A stretch of DNA of 26,157 bases, from positions 1 through 26,157 of the IMG/VR virus record IMGVR_UViG_3300017739_002784. One strand, 5' to 3'. Positions within the stretch are counted from its first letter, which is position 1. Every line of letters starts with the position of its first letter. The stretch is from a virus. Its lineage: Duplodnaviria > Caudoviricetes. The notes below the pieces were generated by a model, which was not told the DNA's origin, ran no database searches, and saw only the letters and a list, made by a program, of their open reading frames with translations. Shown piece after piece: positions 16,625 to 24,310 of the stretch. Both the position numbers and the translations under genes were made by a program.

Positions 16625-17364
16625 TAATAATGTACCTGAAAATCTACTGGACTGATTCTGATTTTATTATTTTGGATATGATGCTTCAGAAGAAGTTCAT
16701 TGCACCAATATCCATCCATTTCATTAGATTGACGTATTAATTGACCGATATGATTATAGACTCCACAGAACACATTCATTGTGTTTGTAGTTCCCATACC
16801 AAACCAATCGCTAATCATTCCATCTGGTTGTTTTAGATCTTGATAGACAAGAACATCATCATCCAGTTTGACTTTGCTTAAGTCTAATACAACATGGGGG
16901 GAATAGTCAATCCTATTTCTAATTACCAAATCATACTCTACTCCGGTCTCTACGGAGTATTGTTCTTTTAACTGATTTGCCATCATCATACTATAGAACA
17001 TACTATGCGTAGTGTCACTGATATATTCTTTCGCTACATCTAGTCCACCCTGAACTTCTAAAGCCCAAGTCCAAGCATTTGTAAAGCACTTGTCAGTAAA
17101 TCCATAATCACGTTTCCATTTCTTTGGTTTCTCAACCAAAATTTTTTTGGGATTGTAATACTTTTCAAGTTTATTAATTGCCAAGGAATCTAATGTATGA
17201 TTCTCTCTTCCAGGTATGACAGAGTTTGTACTTAAATTATCAGAATCAAACCAAGTATGAATGAAAATATCAACATCATTTCCGTCAAGAATAGATTGTT
17301 TAATTTTATGAAATCCAGTATCAACAACTCTAGGTTGACCAGACAAGCACAATGCTACCTTCAT
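16624..17364 (-). CDS. Uncharacterized polysaccharide-associated protein (CLSGQPR family, possible transferase)
   Basis: KVALCLSGQPR, DIFIHTW, YDLVIRNRID and SDWFGMG motifs. Confidence 0.55.
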   Translation of the reverse strand: MKVALCLSGQPRVVDTGFHKIKQSILDGNDVDIFIHTWFDSDNLSTNSVIPGRENHTLDSLAINKLEKYYNPKKILVEKPKKWKRDYGFTDKCFTNAWTWALEVQGGLDVAKEYISDTTHSMFYSMMMANQLKEQYSVETGVEYDLVIRNRIDYSPHVVLDLSKVKLDDDVLVYQDLKQPDGMISDWFGMGTTNTMNVFCGVYNHIGQLIRQSNEMDGYWCNELLLKHHIQNNKIRISPVDFQVHY

Positions 17365-17987
17365 AGATCTACCTCGTTGACAAATACAACGTCACTTACA
17401 TCACTACCATTATCAGTATCATGAAAGTAGAATACTTCAAAGTTAATTGATTGAAAGTATTCGATACACTTTTCTTTAACAACTTCACCCTCAAGTCTTG
17501 GTTTAGTCATCGGACATTCTACTGCAATATACTTAATCCTATTAAGCACATCTTTCCGTAGTGACTTAACAATATGAAGATCTTTTCCCTCTGCATCAAT
17601 CTTTAAAAAATGAATCGTTCCTTCCGGAATATTATCTTCAATGATGTCATTTAGATTTAAAACTTGAACTTTGATTGGTTCTCTAAATGCATTCTTTTTA
17701 TCTTTCGCAGGGACACAAAGAGAACTTGCCTGATCGTCGATGGCATTCATATAGAAATCCATCTCAACAGGTTCTTTTACATCATCAATACATGCTTGAT
17801 AGAATTTATCATAATGATCTTTCACACCATGATCAAAAGGATCAATGCCAACAGCATAAACATCTCCAAGATCAAAATATTTTTCTAATTCTACAAGAAA
17901 AGATGCTCTCGCAGCACCAACATCAATAACATTAATTTTATCATACTTCTTCAGTTCACCAAATGATGGTGCAATAGTTGATGTCAT
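17361..17987 (-). CDS. FkbM-family methyltransferase
   Basis: IDVGA, IDP and LKIDAEG motifs. Confidence 0.82.
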   Translation of the reverse strand: MTSTIAPSFGELKKYDKINVIDVGAARASFLVELEKYFDLGDVYAVGIDPFDHGVKDHYDKFYQACIDDVKEPVEMDFYMNAIDDQASSLCVPAKDKKNAFREPIKVQVLNLNDIIEDNIPEGTIHFLKIDAEGKDLHIVKSLRKDVLNRIKYIAVECPMTKPRLEGEVVKEKCIEYFQSINFEVFYFHDTDNGSDVSDVVFVNEVDL

Positions 17988-18457
17988 TTCATCTCCCCAA
18001 CATAATCACTACAAATACCATAACAATTATATGCTTTCATATCAGAAAACTCAGTTTTAAACTCAGGAAATACTTTCATATTTTCTGGCATGACCATTAC
18101 AGACTTAGGTGTATATGGTTGACCAGGATACGTCCAGATATAATTCTTACTTGTTAATGTATATTTATCCGTGTCATGCCAGAAGTAATTATATCCACCT
18201 GTGTTAGCAAATTTATGCAAGGCATCAATGTTCTTACAGTGAATCCATAATTTATCAACGTGTTTTGCTAACCAAAACCAAGAGACTAGGTATTGTGGTT
18301 TGTCATGCCCAAGATAAAGTTGATCTGCTTGTGGCAAATACCAAATGTCGATTTCAGCATCAAAACCTTTTTCTATTGCTCTTTCAATATACTCTAATTG
18401 GTTTTCCTCTTCAAAGTTGGGTCCATCAATATTACCCCGATGTGCAATAAATTTCAT
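17984..18457 (-). CDS. Short glycerophosphodiester-phosphodiesterase-like protein
   Basis: IAHRGN, EN, EIDIW, GHD, IHCK and GICSDY motifs. Confidence 0.75.
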   Translation of the reverse strand: MKFIAHRGNIDGPNFEEENQLEYIERAIEKGFDAEIDIWYLPQADQLYLGHDKPQYLVSWFWLAKHVDKLWIHCKNIDALHKFANTGGYNYFWHDTDKYTLTSKNYIWTYPGQPYTPKSVMVMPENMKVFPEFKTEFSDMKAYNCYGICSDYVGEMK

Positions 18458-18774
18458 ACCAAATACTTATCCGAAGGAATAGATGGCCATCTTACTATAA
18501 TAAGTTCCGAATCTGCAAGAAACTCAACATCAGAAACTTCATTCGGTTCGTATATCCACATATCACCTTCACTCATAATCTTGCCATTAACTTTCAATTC
18601 ACCACTGACAATATAGTTCAGTTCATTAGTGACCTTATGTGTATGTGGAAATGTTTCACATCCTTTTTTGTGCTTATGATGTGCTACTTCAAAGAATGGA
18701 TTTTTAAAGATAGATGGTTCAAAGTCTCCCACAAACCATCCTGCTTTGAAGTCAGCAATATTTGCTTGTTTCAC
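18454..18774 (-). CDS. Cupin-domain protein
   Basis: HTH...ELNYIVSGEL motif; N-terminal GWFVGDF. Confidence 0.8.
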   Translation of the reverse strand: MKQANIADFKAGWFVGDFEPSIFKNPFFEVAHHKHKKGCETFPHTHKVTNELNYIVSGELKVNGKIMSEGDMWIYEPNEVSDVEFLADSELIIVRWPSIPSDKYLV

Positions 18775-19928
18775 TTTTCCAACTCCTGAATACGAATCTG
18801 GTGACGACCACCATCAAATGTATGATTTGCACAGAGATAAAGATACTTATCTAATGTTGCATAATCAATTCCCCTAGAGGGAATGGCAAAGAAGTTTGCA
18901 CAGTTGTGGCGGATGGCCATCTGCATTGAAAATGTATCGTAAATTAATGCTGAACGAATGCCTTTGTATTTGTTAGCACAGATATTGACTCCTTGACCTG
19001 TGCGGCAGAACCCAAAACCATAATCACAATCACGTTCACCAATAGACTTCACTGCTTGTGCAATGTAATCTCTATAGTCACAATCTTTATTAAGAATAGT
19101 GCCAAAGTCGATATATTCGTATCCGTTATCTTCTAAGACTTTTTTGAAGGTTTCTTTCGCATCAAACCCAGAATGATCAGAACAAATGGCAATAGGTTTA
19201 TCACCCAAACGACGAGTAACGTTGTCTTTGTAAAAGTGAAACTCATCAGGCGTACCAAAAACATGCATCTTATCCACATCTTCAGTGCGGATCTTTTTAC
19301 CATCTTCAATAAGAAGATTGTACAATGGTGAGATATAGAACTCATTATTAGTTCTAAGATCACGTTTGATCATATTGCGAGCATATTTGCAAAAGTCTGA
19401 ACCCTTTTTAAACCCGTAGATACCCACACAAGCATCATTACTAATTGCTTTCTTCTCGGCGGTCTGGGTCACAAACCCATTCTTATCAACCTTAGCATAA
19501 CTATAGTTTGATGAATTTGATTTAAAAGTAAGAAGAAGTCCATCTCCATTCAATTTATTCATTAGATGGGGATCAAACTTAGGTTCAAATTCAATATCCA
19601 AGGTATGGATAATCAAAGGTGCATCGTTATCAATATACTCTTCCGCAAATAGACAACTACAAACTGACCCTTCAGTAAGTTTATCAAGGATTACAACTTT
19701 AATGTCATCGCCAAACTTCTTGCGGAGAAGTTCATCCATATGAAAGTTATAGACAGTTTCATCCCTAACAACAAAAATAAGATTACATCCCTCATAATCT
19801 AAACAGTCTAGAGAGATATCAATCAGATGTTTGTCTTTGATATTAATTAATTGCTTGGGAACTTTGAACCCTTCTTTAATGAAGCGGCTCCCAAGTCCTG
19901 CCATCGGGACAAGGATATTTGGTTTCAT
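18771..19928 (-). CDS. Sugar-phosphate nucleotidyltransferase fused to an RpiB/LacAB sugar-phosphate isomerase
   Basis: N-terminal PMAGLGSRF..PK, EK, GIYGF and GTPDE. C-terminal SDHSG, CRTGQG, ANK..GIR, RHNCAN and GGRH..RI. Confidence 0.9.
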   Translation of the reverse strand: MKPNILVPMAGLGSRFIKEGFKVPKQLINIKDKHLIDISLDCLDYEGCNLIFVVRDETVYNFHMDELLRKKFGDDIKVVILDKLTEGSVCSCLFAEEYIDNDAPLIIHTLDIEFEPKFDPHLMNKLNGDGLLLTFKSNSSNYSYAKVDKNGFVTQTAEKKAISNDACVGIYGFKKGSDFCKYARNMIKRDLRTNNEFYISPLYNLLIEDGKKIRTEDVDKMHVFGTPDEFHFYKDNVTRRLGDKPIAICSDHSGFDAKETFKKVLEDNGYEYIDFGTILNKDCDYRDYIAQAVKSIGERDCDYGFGFCRTGQGVNICANKYKGIRSALIYDTFSMQMAIRHNCANFFAIPSRGIDYATLDKYLYLCANHTFDGGRHQIRIQELEK

Positions 19929-20596
19929 ATAGAATTCCTAATAATTTCAGTCGTCTTTAAATGTGAAAATTCAATCCAGTCGCGGATATTACCTACATTC
20001 TTTAATAATTTATGCAAGAAGCAGGAGGCAAATGTATCACCTGCACCAAGAACATTTACATCTGTAAGCATCAATTCGTCAGGCATTTTATAGAAGAATT
20101 CTTCCTGACCATTGGTCACTATACTACCAGATGAACTATGAAGGATTACCCAACCTTTGGTTGCTTCTGCATACTCAGAAAGATCGCCATCAATGTCTTC
20201 ATCAGAGATGAAAAGATAATCAACATACTGAAGAAGATCTTTCTTGACAGATTTTCCTGGGCAGATATCAGCAGTGATAATTCCATCCAGTGCAGGAATG
20301 AAATCATGACGGGTCATTTCATTAAGGTAGATAAGATGATGAATCTTTGACTCAATGATCTTTGCCTTATGTTGAACCAAACTTAGATTGACTTTTGAAT
20401 ATCTTTGTGCGGCAGGTTTATCAACATAGATAAGTGCTTGACCTACATCAATTGGCGATAAACCAATATCAAGTGATGCATCAACTTCGAGAAGTGCCTT
20501 CCATACATTTGCCATTGAACCTAATGTCTTTCTCTCACCATCCCCATCAAGAATAGTATCGATTGTCAAATGCCCATAAAGTGAAATATCTTTCAT
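19925..20596 (-). CDS. PfkB/ribokinase-family sugar kinase (short form)
   Basis: G.LTID, GSMAN and C-terminal VLGAGDTF motifs. Confidence 0.8.
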   Translation of the reverse strand: MKDISLYGHLTIDTILDGDGERKTLGSMANVWKALLEVDASLDIGLSPIDVGQALIYVDKPAAQRYSKVNLSLVQHKAKIIESKIHHLIYLNEMTRHDFIPALDGIITADICPGKSVKKDLLQYVDYLFISDEDIDGDLSEYAEATKGWVILHSSSGSIVTNGQEEFFYKMPDELMLTDVNVLGAGDTFASCFLHKLLKNVGNIRDWIEFSHLKTTEIIRNSI

Positions 20597-21132
20597 TAAA
20601 ACTTTTCCTTCAAATCAAGTTCGTAAATTTTATCGATAACTTCATCATATGGGACAAAGGGAATAAGTCCTTTCAGTTCAAGTGTATCAAAGAGATGCAT
20701 GATAAGATTGTTGCCGCCTTCTGCAGATAAAATGTTTGATTTTTCTCTTACCACTCTGGGGGCATTTCTTGGACAATATGAATACTTGATCCTCTCCATG
20801 ATACCAATATCAAAAAGATCATCACCAACATAAGCAGTTTCTTTCACACTACAATTATACTGCTCAAGTATTTCATCAAGATAATTTTTCTTATCACTGT
20901 GGAAACCAGATCCACGATTTGCAATCACATGAAGATTTCTATTTTCTAAGATACTTACATTGTAAGGATCACCTGTAAGAAATACAATATCTACACCGAT
21001 GGCACGAAATCTTTTAATTGCTGTCCAATCCTTATCACAAAAAGTTTTAAGTTTTACTGTTCCTTCCCTATCATAGTATTTGACCCCATCGGTCATAACA
21101 CCATCTACATCAAGAATTACTAATTTGATCAT
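20596..21132 (-). CDS. KdsC-like HAD phosphatase
   Basis: LDVDGVMTDG, LTG, K, YVGDDLFD and GG.G-like motifs. Start MIKLVI at 21132. Confidence 0.88.
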   Translation of the reverse strand: MIKLVILDVDGVMTDGVKYYDREGTVKLKTFCDKDWTAIKRFRAIGVDIVFLTGDPYNVSILENRNLHVIANRGSGFHSDKKNYLDEILEQYNCSVKETAYVGDDLFDIGIMERIKYSYCPRNAPRVVREKSNILSAEGGNNLIMHLFDTLELKGLIPFVPYDEVIDKIYELDLKEKF

Positions 21133-22165
21133 TAATCCACTTGTAAGTTTTACTGATACCCTCTTCAAGGGTTGTGAAATAATCCCATCCAAGTTCTTCG
21201 CGAATAAGGTCATTGTTAGAGTTGCGACCACGAACTCCAGTCGGACCATCAATGTTTATTTTATGAACAGTCTTACCAGATACTTTAGCAACAGTATCAA
21301 CTAATTCATTGATCGTAACCATTTCTTCGGAACCAATATTAACAGGACCAATAAAGTCACTATCCATCAACCGTCGAGTTGCTTCAATGCATTCGTCAAT
21401 GAACAAGAAGGAACGAGTCTGTAAGCCATCTCCCCACACCTCGATTGCTCCACCCTGCTCCGGGAGGTAAGAGACCTTACGGCAGATTGCAGCTGGCGCT
21501 TTCTCTCTTCCACCTTCCCAGGTTCCTTCTGGACCAAAAATGTTGTGATAGCGAGCAATACGAACAGGAATACTGTGATTCCTGTTATAAGAAAGGTAAA
21601 GTCTTTCGCTAAAGAGTTTTTCCCATCCATATTCGGAGTCTGGGTTTGCTGGGTATGCTGATTCTTCACGACAGTCTGGATTATTGGGATCAAGTTGATT
21701 GTGCTCTGGGTATATACAAGCAGAACTGGAATAGAAAATCTTGGTATTATTTACATCCTTCTCATCATTCATATTACGCTGACATTCTAGCACGTTTAGA
21801 TTAATGGCAGCAGAATTATGCATGATCTCTGCATCATTATCACCCGTGAAAACAAAACCTGCACCACCCATATCAGCAGCAAACTGATAAATCTCATCAA
21901 AAGGTCTTATGTATTCTTCGGGTACAGATGCGTAAAAGTTTCCTACGTATCCTTTAAATTTAAGGACACGACGTACAAAATCTACATCACGAAGATCTCC
22001 CGTTACAAATTCATTTGCTTCTGTGGGTGAAAATTCAGTATCTTTAAGATCTACTCCACGCACCCAGTATCCTTCTTCACGAAGTCTTTTTACCATGTGA
22101 CTTCCAATAAATCCACCAGCACCTAAAACTAATGCTGTTTTAACCTCCATAGGAAATTCATTCAT
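21110..22165 (-). CDS. NAD-dependent epimerase, GDP-mannose 3,5-epimerase-like (WcaG family)
   Basis: GAGGFIG, FAADMGG.GF, SSACIYP, YGWEK, GGREKAPAA and GVRGRNS. Start moved to ATG 22165, downstream of the promoter. Confidence 0.9.
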   Translation of the reverse strand: MNEFPMEVKTALVLGAGGFIGSHMVKRLREEGYWVRGVDLKDTEFSPTEANEFVTGDLRDVDFVRRVLKFKGYVGNFYASVPEEYIRPFDEIYQFAADMGGAGFVFTGDNDAEIMHNSAAINLNVLECQRNMNDEKDVNNTKIFYSSSACIYPEHNQLDPNNPDCREESAYPANPDSEYGWEKLFSERLYLSYNRNHSIPVRIARYHNIFGPEGTWEGGREKAPAAICRKVSYLPEQGGAIEVWGDGLQTRSFLFIDECIEATRRLMDSDFIGPVNIGSEEMVTINELVDTVAKVSGKTVHKINIDGPTGVRGRNSNNDLIREELGWDYFTTLEEGISKTYKWINDQISNS

Positions 22166-22187
22166 AAAATTATTGTGTATAGTATGT

Positions 22188-22216
22188 ATTATACAAAAAA
22201 AGGACGGTTTATGCAA
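22188..22216 (-). promoter_or_regulatory. Sigma70-type promoter of the glycan operon
   Basis: TTGCAT (22216-22211), 17 nt, TATAAT (22193-22188). Confidence 0.7.
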
Positions 22217-22223
22217 CCATCCT
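22195..22223 (-). terminator. Rho-independent terminator after the wcaG-type RNA
   Basis: AGGATGGTT/AACCGTCCT stem plus U-tract. Confidence 0.8.
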
Positions 22224-22234
22224 CAAAGGTCTTT

Positions 22235-22329
22235 CATGCACGCCACTTGCTTTTTAACCTGAAGCAAGAAACAGGGCGGGAGTGTTACCTCCATCCGCAC
22301 CACTTGCTTTTGGGATAAAGCAAGAAACC
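22235..22329 (-). ncRNA. wcaG-type RNA motif
   Basis: Two copies of GTTTCTTGCTT...AAGCAAG-TGGYG flanking a GCGG-GGAG/CTCC-CGC hairpin, located upstream of a WcaG-family gene in a cyanophage. Family assignment is from memory. Confidence 0.75.
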
Positions 22330-22533
22330 TCAAAAATCCATTTGCTTACTAAGTCTGCCAATGAGATCATCAACTTTTGCTTCTAAAGCAGCAAGACGAG
22401 CAGTGTCTCCACCGCCATCACATTTTGAATGTGCTTGTGCTTCAAGTGCTTTAAGTCTTCCCTCAACTTCAACATCGTATTTGGACATAGCTGCGCCAGA
22501 TGCTGATTTTGCTGCAGTTCCTTTAGTTGCCAT
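22330..22533 (-). CDS. Small coiled-coil hypothetical protein
   Basis: Repeated RLKALE/RLAALE; late-like CTAAATA at 22568-22562. Confidence 0.75.
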   Translation of the reverse strand: MATKGTAAKSASGAAMSKYDVEVEGRLKALEAQAHSKCDGGGDTARLAALEAKVDDLIGRLSKQMDF

Positions 22534-22574
22534 GGTATCAATCCATTTAGTATTTTGTATGTATTTAGTTTTAA

Positions 22575-22619
22575 GGGGTCTTATGACTCCACCAGTACTG
22601 TTTTAGTCCATCCGTGACT
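22575..22619 (-). ncRNA. Structured RNA module B (possibly manA/wcaG-related)
   Basis: AGTC-ACGGATG-GACT-AAAACAGTAC-TGGTGG-AGTCATAAGACCCC. Confidence 0.45.
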
Positions 22620-22827
22620 GAAGGTCTTCAATGTCCTTCTGAAGTTGGCGCAATACACCTTCACGGGTATATGCTCCTGTTTCTTCAGTTCGTCTCTGCA
22701 TTTCCTCTTCCACCTTTTGAGTGATAGATTCATGGCGACGATATTCACCAGGAGAACTCATCATCTTCTTTGTTTGACTCATGCAAAATTGAAGTTGCAT
22801 GAGTTCCATGTCATCAAAATTAATCAT
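22603..22827 (-). CDS. Hypothetical helical protein
   Basis: ATG 22827 (MINFDD); the longer GTG start runs through an RNA module. Confidence 0.65.
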   Translation of the reverse strand: MINFDDMELMQLQFCMSQTKKMMSSPGEYRRHESITQKVEEEMQRRTEETGAYTREGVLRQLQKDIEDLQSRMD

Positions 22828-22839
22828 AGTAATTAGATA

Positions 22840-22894
22840 AGGGGTCCCGACCAGGGCAGGTTTATAGTCACTCCGGGACTGCTTCACCTTCCAT
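22840..22894 (-). ncRNA. Structured RNA module A (possibly manA/wcaG-related)
   Basis: AGTC-CCGGAGT-GACT-ATAAACCTGCCC-TGGTCGGGACCCC, a GC-rich intergenic sequence similar to module B. Confidence 0.45.
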
Positions 22895-23472
22895 TAGAAG
22901 TTCATCTCACGCCTTTCTTCATCAGATATTAAAGTATGATAAGAATACCATCCAGTAAGAATATATTTGTATTGTGTATTAGATACAATACCATAATGAC
23001 TGTGTGTCCAACCAGCAGGCCAAATTAAAAGATCACCCTTTCTGGCAGATTTTTTAAATTTCTGCTGAGGCCAGTATGTTTCTCCACCGTCATTGACATC
23101 ATTTAGATAAACCATCCACCCAAGAACTCTAAGACAACTTAATTCATCATTTCCATGCTCCATGTGCTCAGCATTATATGATTGTCCTGGTTTATACTTT
23201 TGCAAATTAAAAGTACTTTCCATTCCCCACCCACAATACATTTTCTGTAGAAAAGGATGGCATTCATCCCGATAGGTTATAAAATTTTTATGAACAATAT
23301 CTAAAATAAATCGAAATTGAGTATCCTGAATGTGATGCGTATATCCAATGTAAAATCCACTTGGATTAGTCCATAGTGGATTATTATCAAGCCAATCAAT
23401 AGCAATATCACAGAATGAACTATCAACAGCTTTTTCTTTTACATAGATATGATCTTTATTTTGATACGACAT
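22894..23472 (-). CDS. 2OG-Fe(II) oxygenase (prolyl-4-hydroxylase-like)
   Basis: QKY.PG, HxE, VYLNDV..GGET, WPAGWTHSH and KYILTGW motifs. Confidence 0.9.
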   Translation of the reverse strand: MSYQNKDHIYVKEKAVDSSFCDIAIDWLDNNPLWTNPSGFYIGYTHHIQDTQFRFILDIVHKNFITYRDECHPFLQKMYCGWGMESTFNLQKYKPGQSYNAEHMEHGNDELSCLRVLGWMVYLNDVNDGGETYWPQQKFKKSARKGDLLIWPAGWTHSHYGIVSNTQYKYILTGWYSYHTLISDEERREMNF

Positions 23473-23710
23473 CTTTTACATAACAAGGAACACCATCTGG
23501 ATCTAACCAACAGGTATAATCATGATCTTCCATAGCAGTTAGTAACTGCATTTCATTATCACAAAGATACATATCCTTATAATGACCCGTATAAGAATCC
23601 GCCTTTTGAATGCGACAGTCTGGCATACCGTTGATTTCCAGTTTGCCAACTTGAATATAACGATAGGGAAACCGCTCAAGAAGAACGGTTGGTTTTTTTA
23701 CAACATTCAT
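23456..23710 (-). CDS. Hypothetical cyanophage protein
   Basis: 84-aa ORF with ATGA coupling. Confidence 0.75.
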   Translation of the reverse strand: MNVVKKPTVLLERFPYRYIQVGKLEINGMPDCRIQKADSYTGHYKDMYLCDNEMQLLTAMEDHDYTCWLDPDGVPCYVKDVVSK

Positions 23711-23925
23711 GAACTTACTTCAACTGTTTCAAGATCATTATAAAGATATTCCATCAAAATTTCATAATCATCAAGAGGATCACCAGAGAATACTACACCT
23801 TCATTTTCATAATAACGACGAACCTTTTTGAAAAGTTTCGGATTCTTTACATCAAGGAACAGTTCACCATTTGCTGCACCACGAAGGGTTTGAATGTCTT
23901 TCTTGAATTTGTCTGTAAGTGTCAT
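23707..23925 (-). CDS. Hypothetical cyanophage protein
   Basis: ATG 23925 (MTLTDKF), downstream of a strong promoter. Confidence 0.75.
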   Translation of the reverse strand: MTLTDKFKKDIQTLRGAANGELFLDVKNPKLFKKVRRYYENEGVVFSGDPLDDYEILMEYLYNDLETVEVSS

Positions 23926-23947
23926 TGTTTTGAATGTTGACCTTAGT

Positions 23948-23976
23948 ATTATAAGGGAATGACGGCGGACCGTCAA
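23948..23976 (-). promoter_or_regulatory. Sigma70-type early promoter with hairpin
   Basis: TTGACG, 17 nt, TATAAT. The TGACGG/CCGTCA hairpin overlaps the -35. Confidence 0.8.
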
Positions 23977-23977
23977 G

Positions 23978-24050
23978 TGCAGGTTGTGAGGATCGAACTC
24001 ACCTTAGGCAAATTATGAGTTTGCTGCATTCACCAGATTGCTAAACCTGC
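23978..24050 (-). tRNA. tRNA with CAT anticodon (elongator Met or Ile2)
   Basis: Acceptor GCAGGTT/AACCTGC, anticodon arm GCAAA-CTCATAA-TTTGC, T-loop TTCGATC. No encoded CCA. Confidence 0.9.
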
Positions 24051-24125
24051 TGGTAGGACTGCTGGGAGTTGAACCCAGTTCACACCGTTATAAGCAGTGG
24101 GCCTTAACCGATAGGCGACAATCCC
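24051..24125 (-). tRNA. tRNA-Ile(TAT)
   Basis: Acceptor GGGATTG/CAGTCCT, anticodon arm CACTG-CTTATAA-CGGTG, T-loop TTCAACT and encoded ACCA. Confidence 0.9.
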
Positions 24126-24293
24126 TCAGGAACCTTCTTCGTGGTCTCTGTACATGCGTATGAGTTCATCATCCGCAGGCATCATTATAGCAGTATTTTT
24201 TCCGTTTGTCACACCAATATGTTCTCCCTTCTCAACTCTTTCCATCAGTTCTTCCCAGTTCTCTTGCCACTGTTCCACGGTGTAAATTTCCAT
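24126..24293 (-). CDS. Phd/YefM antitoxin-like small protein (55 aa)
   Basis: MEIYTVEQWQENWEELMERVEKGEHIGVTNGKNTAIMMPADDELIRMYRDHEEGS follows the Phd N-terminal pattern. Read manually. Confidence 0.65.
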   Translation of the reverse strand: MEIYTVEQWQENWEELMERVEKGEHIGVTNGKNTAIMMPADDELIRMYRDHEEGS

Positions 24294-24310
24294 CTTTGTA
24301 GTATGTATAA

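Noticed and set aside
18771-21132. Canonical Kdo or ADP-heptose pathway
   Set aside because: No KdsA, KdsB, KdsD, GmhA or HldE is recognisable in the window.
20596-21252. Extended 218-aa start of the KdsC-like gene, and similar extensions of pstS (7991), the epimerase (22216) and 23976
   Set aside because: Family motifs begin at downstream ATGs, and the extensions run through promoters or upstream genes.
22235-22329. CTTGCTT/AAGCAAG repeats as a mini-CRISPR array
   Set aside because: There are only two hairpin units, no spacer regularity and no cas genes; a wcaG-type RNA explains them better.
3228-22836. Numerous plus-strand and alternate-frame ORFs in the track (e.g. 3228..3542, 8054..8476, 10569..10997, 13125..13679, 21367..21693)
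   Set aside because: They are shadows of well-supported minus-strand genes and have no motifs or RBS.
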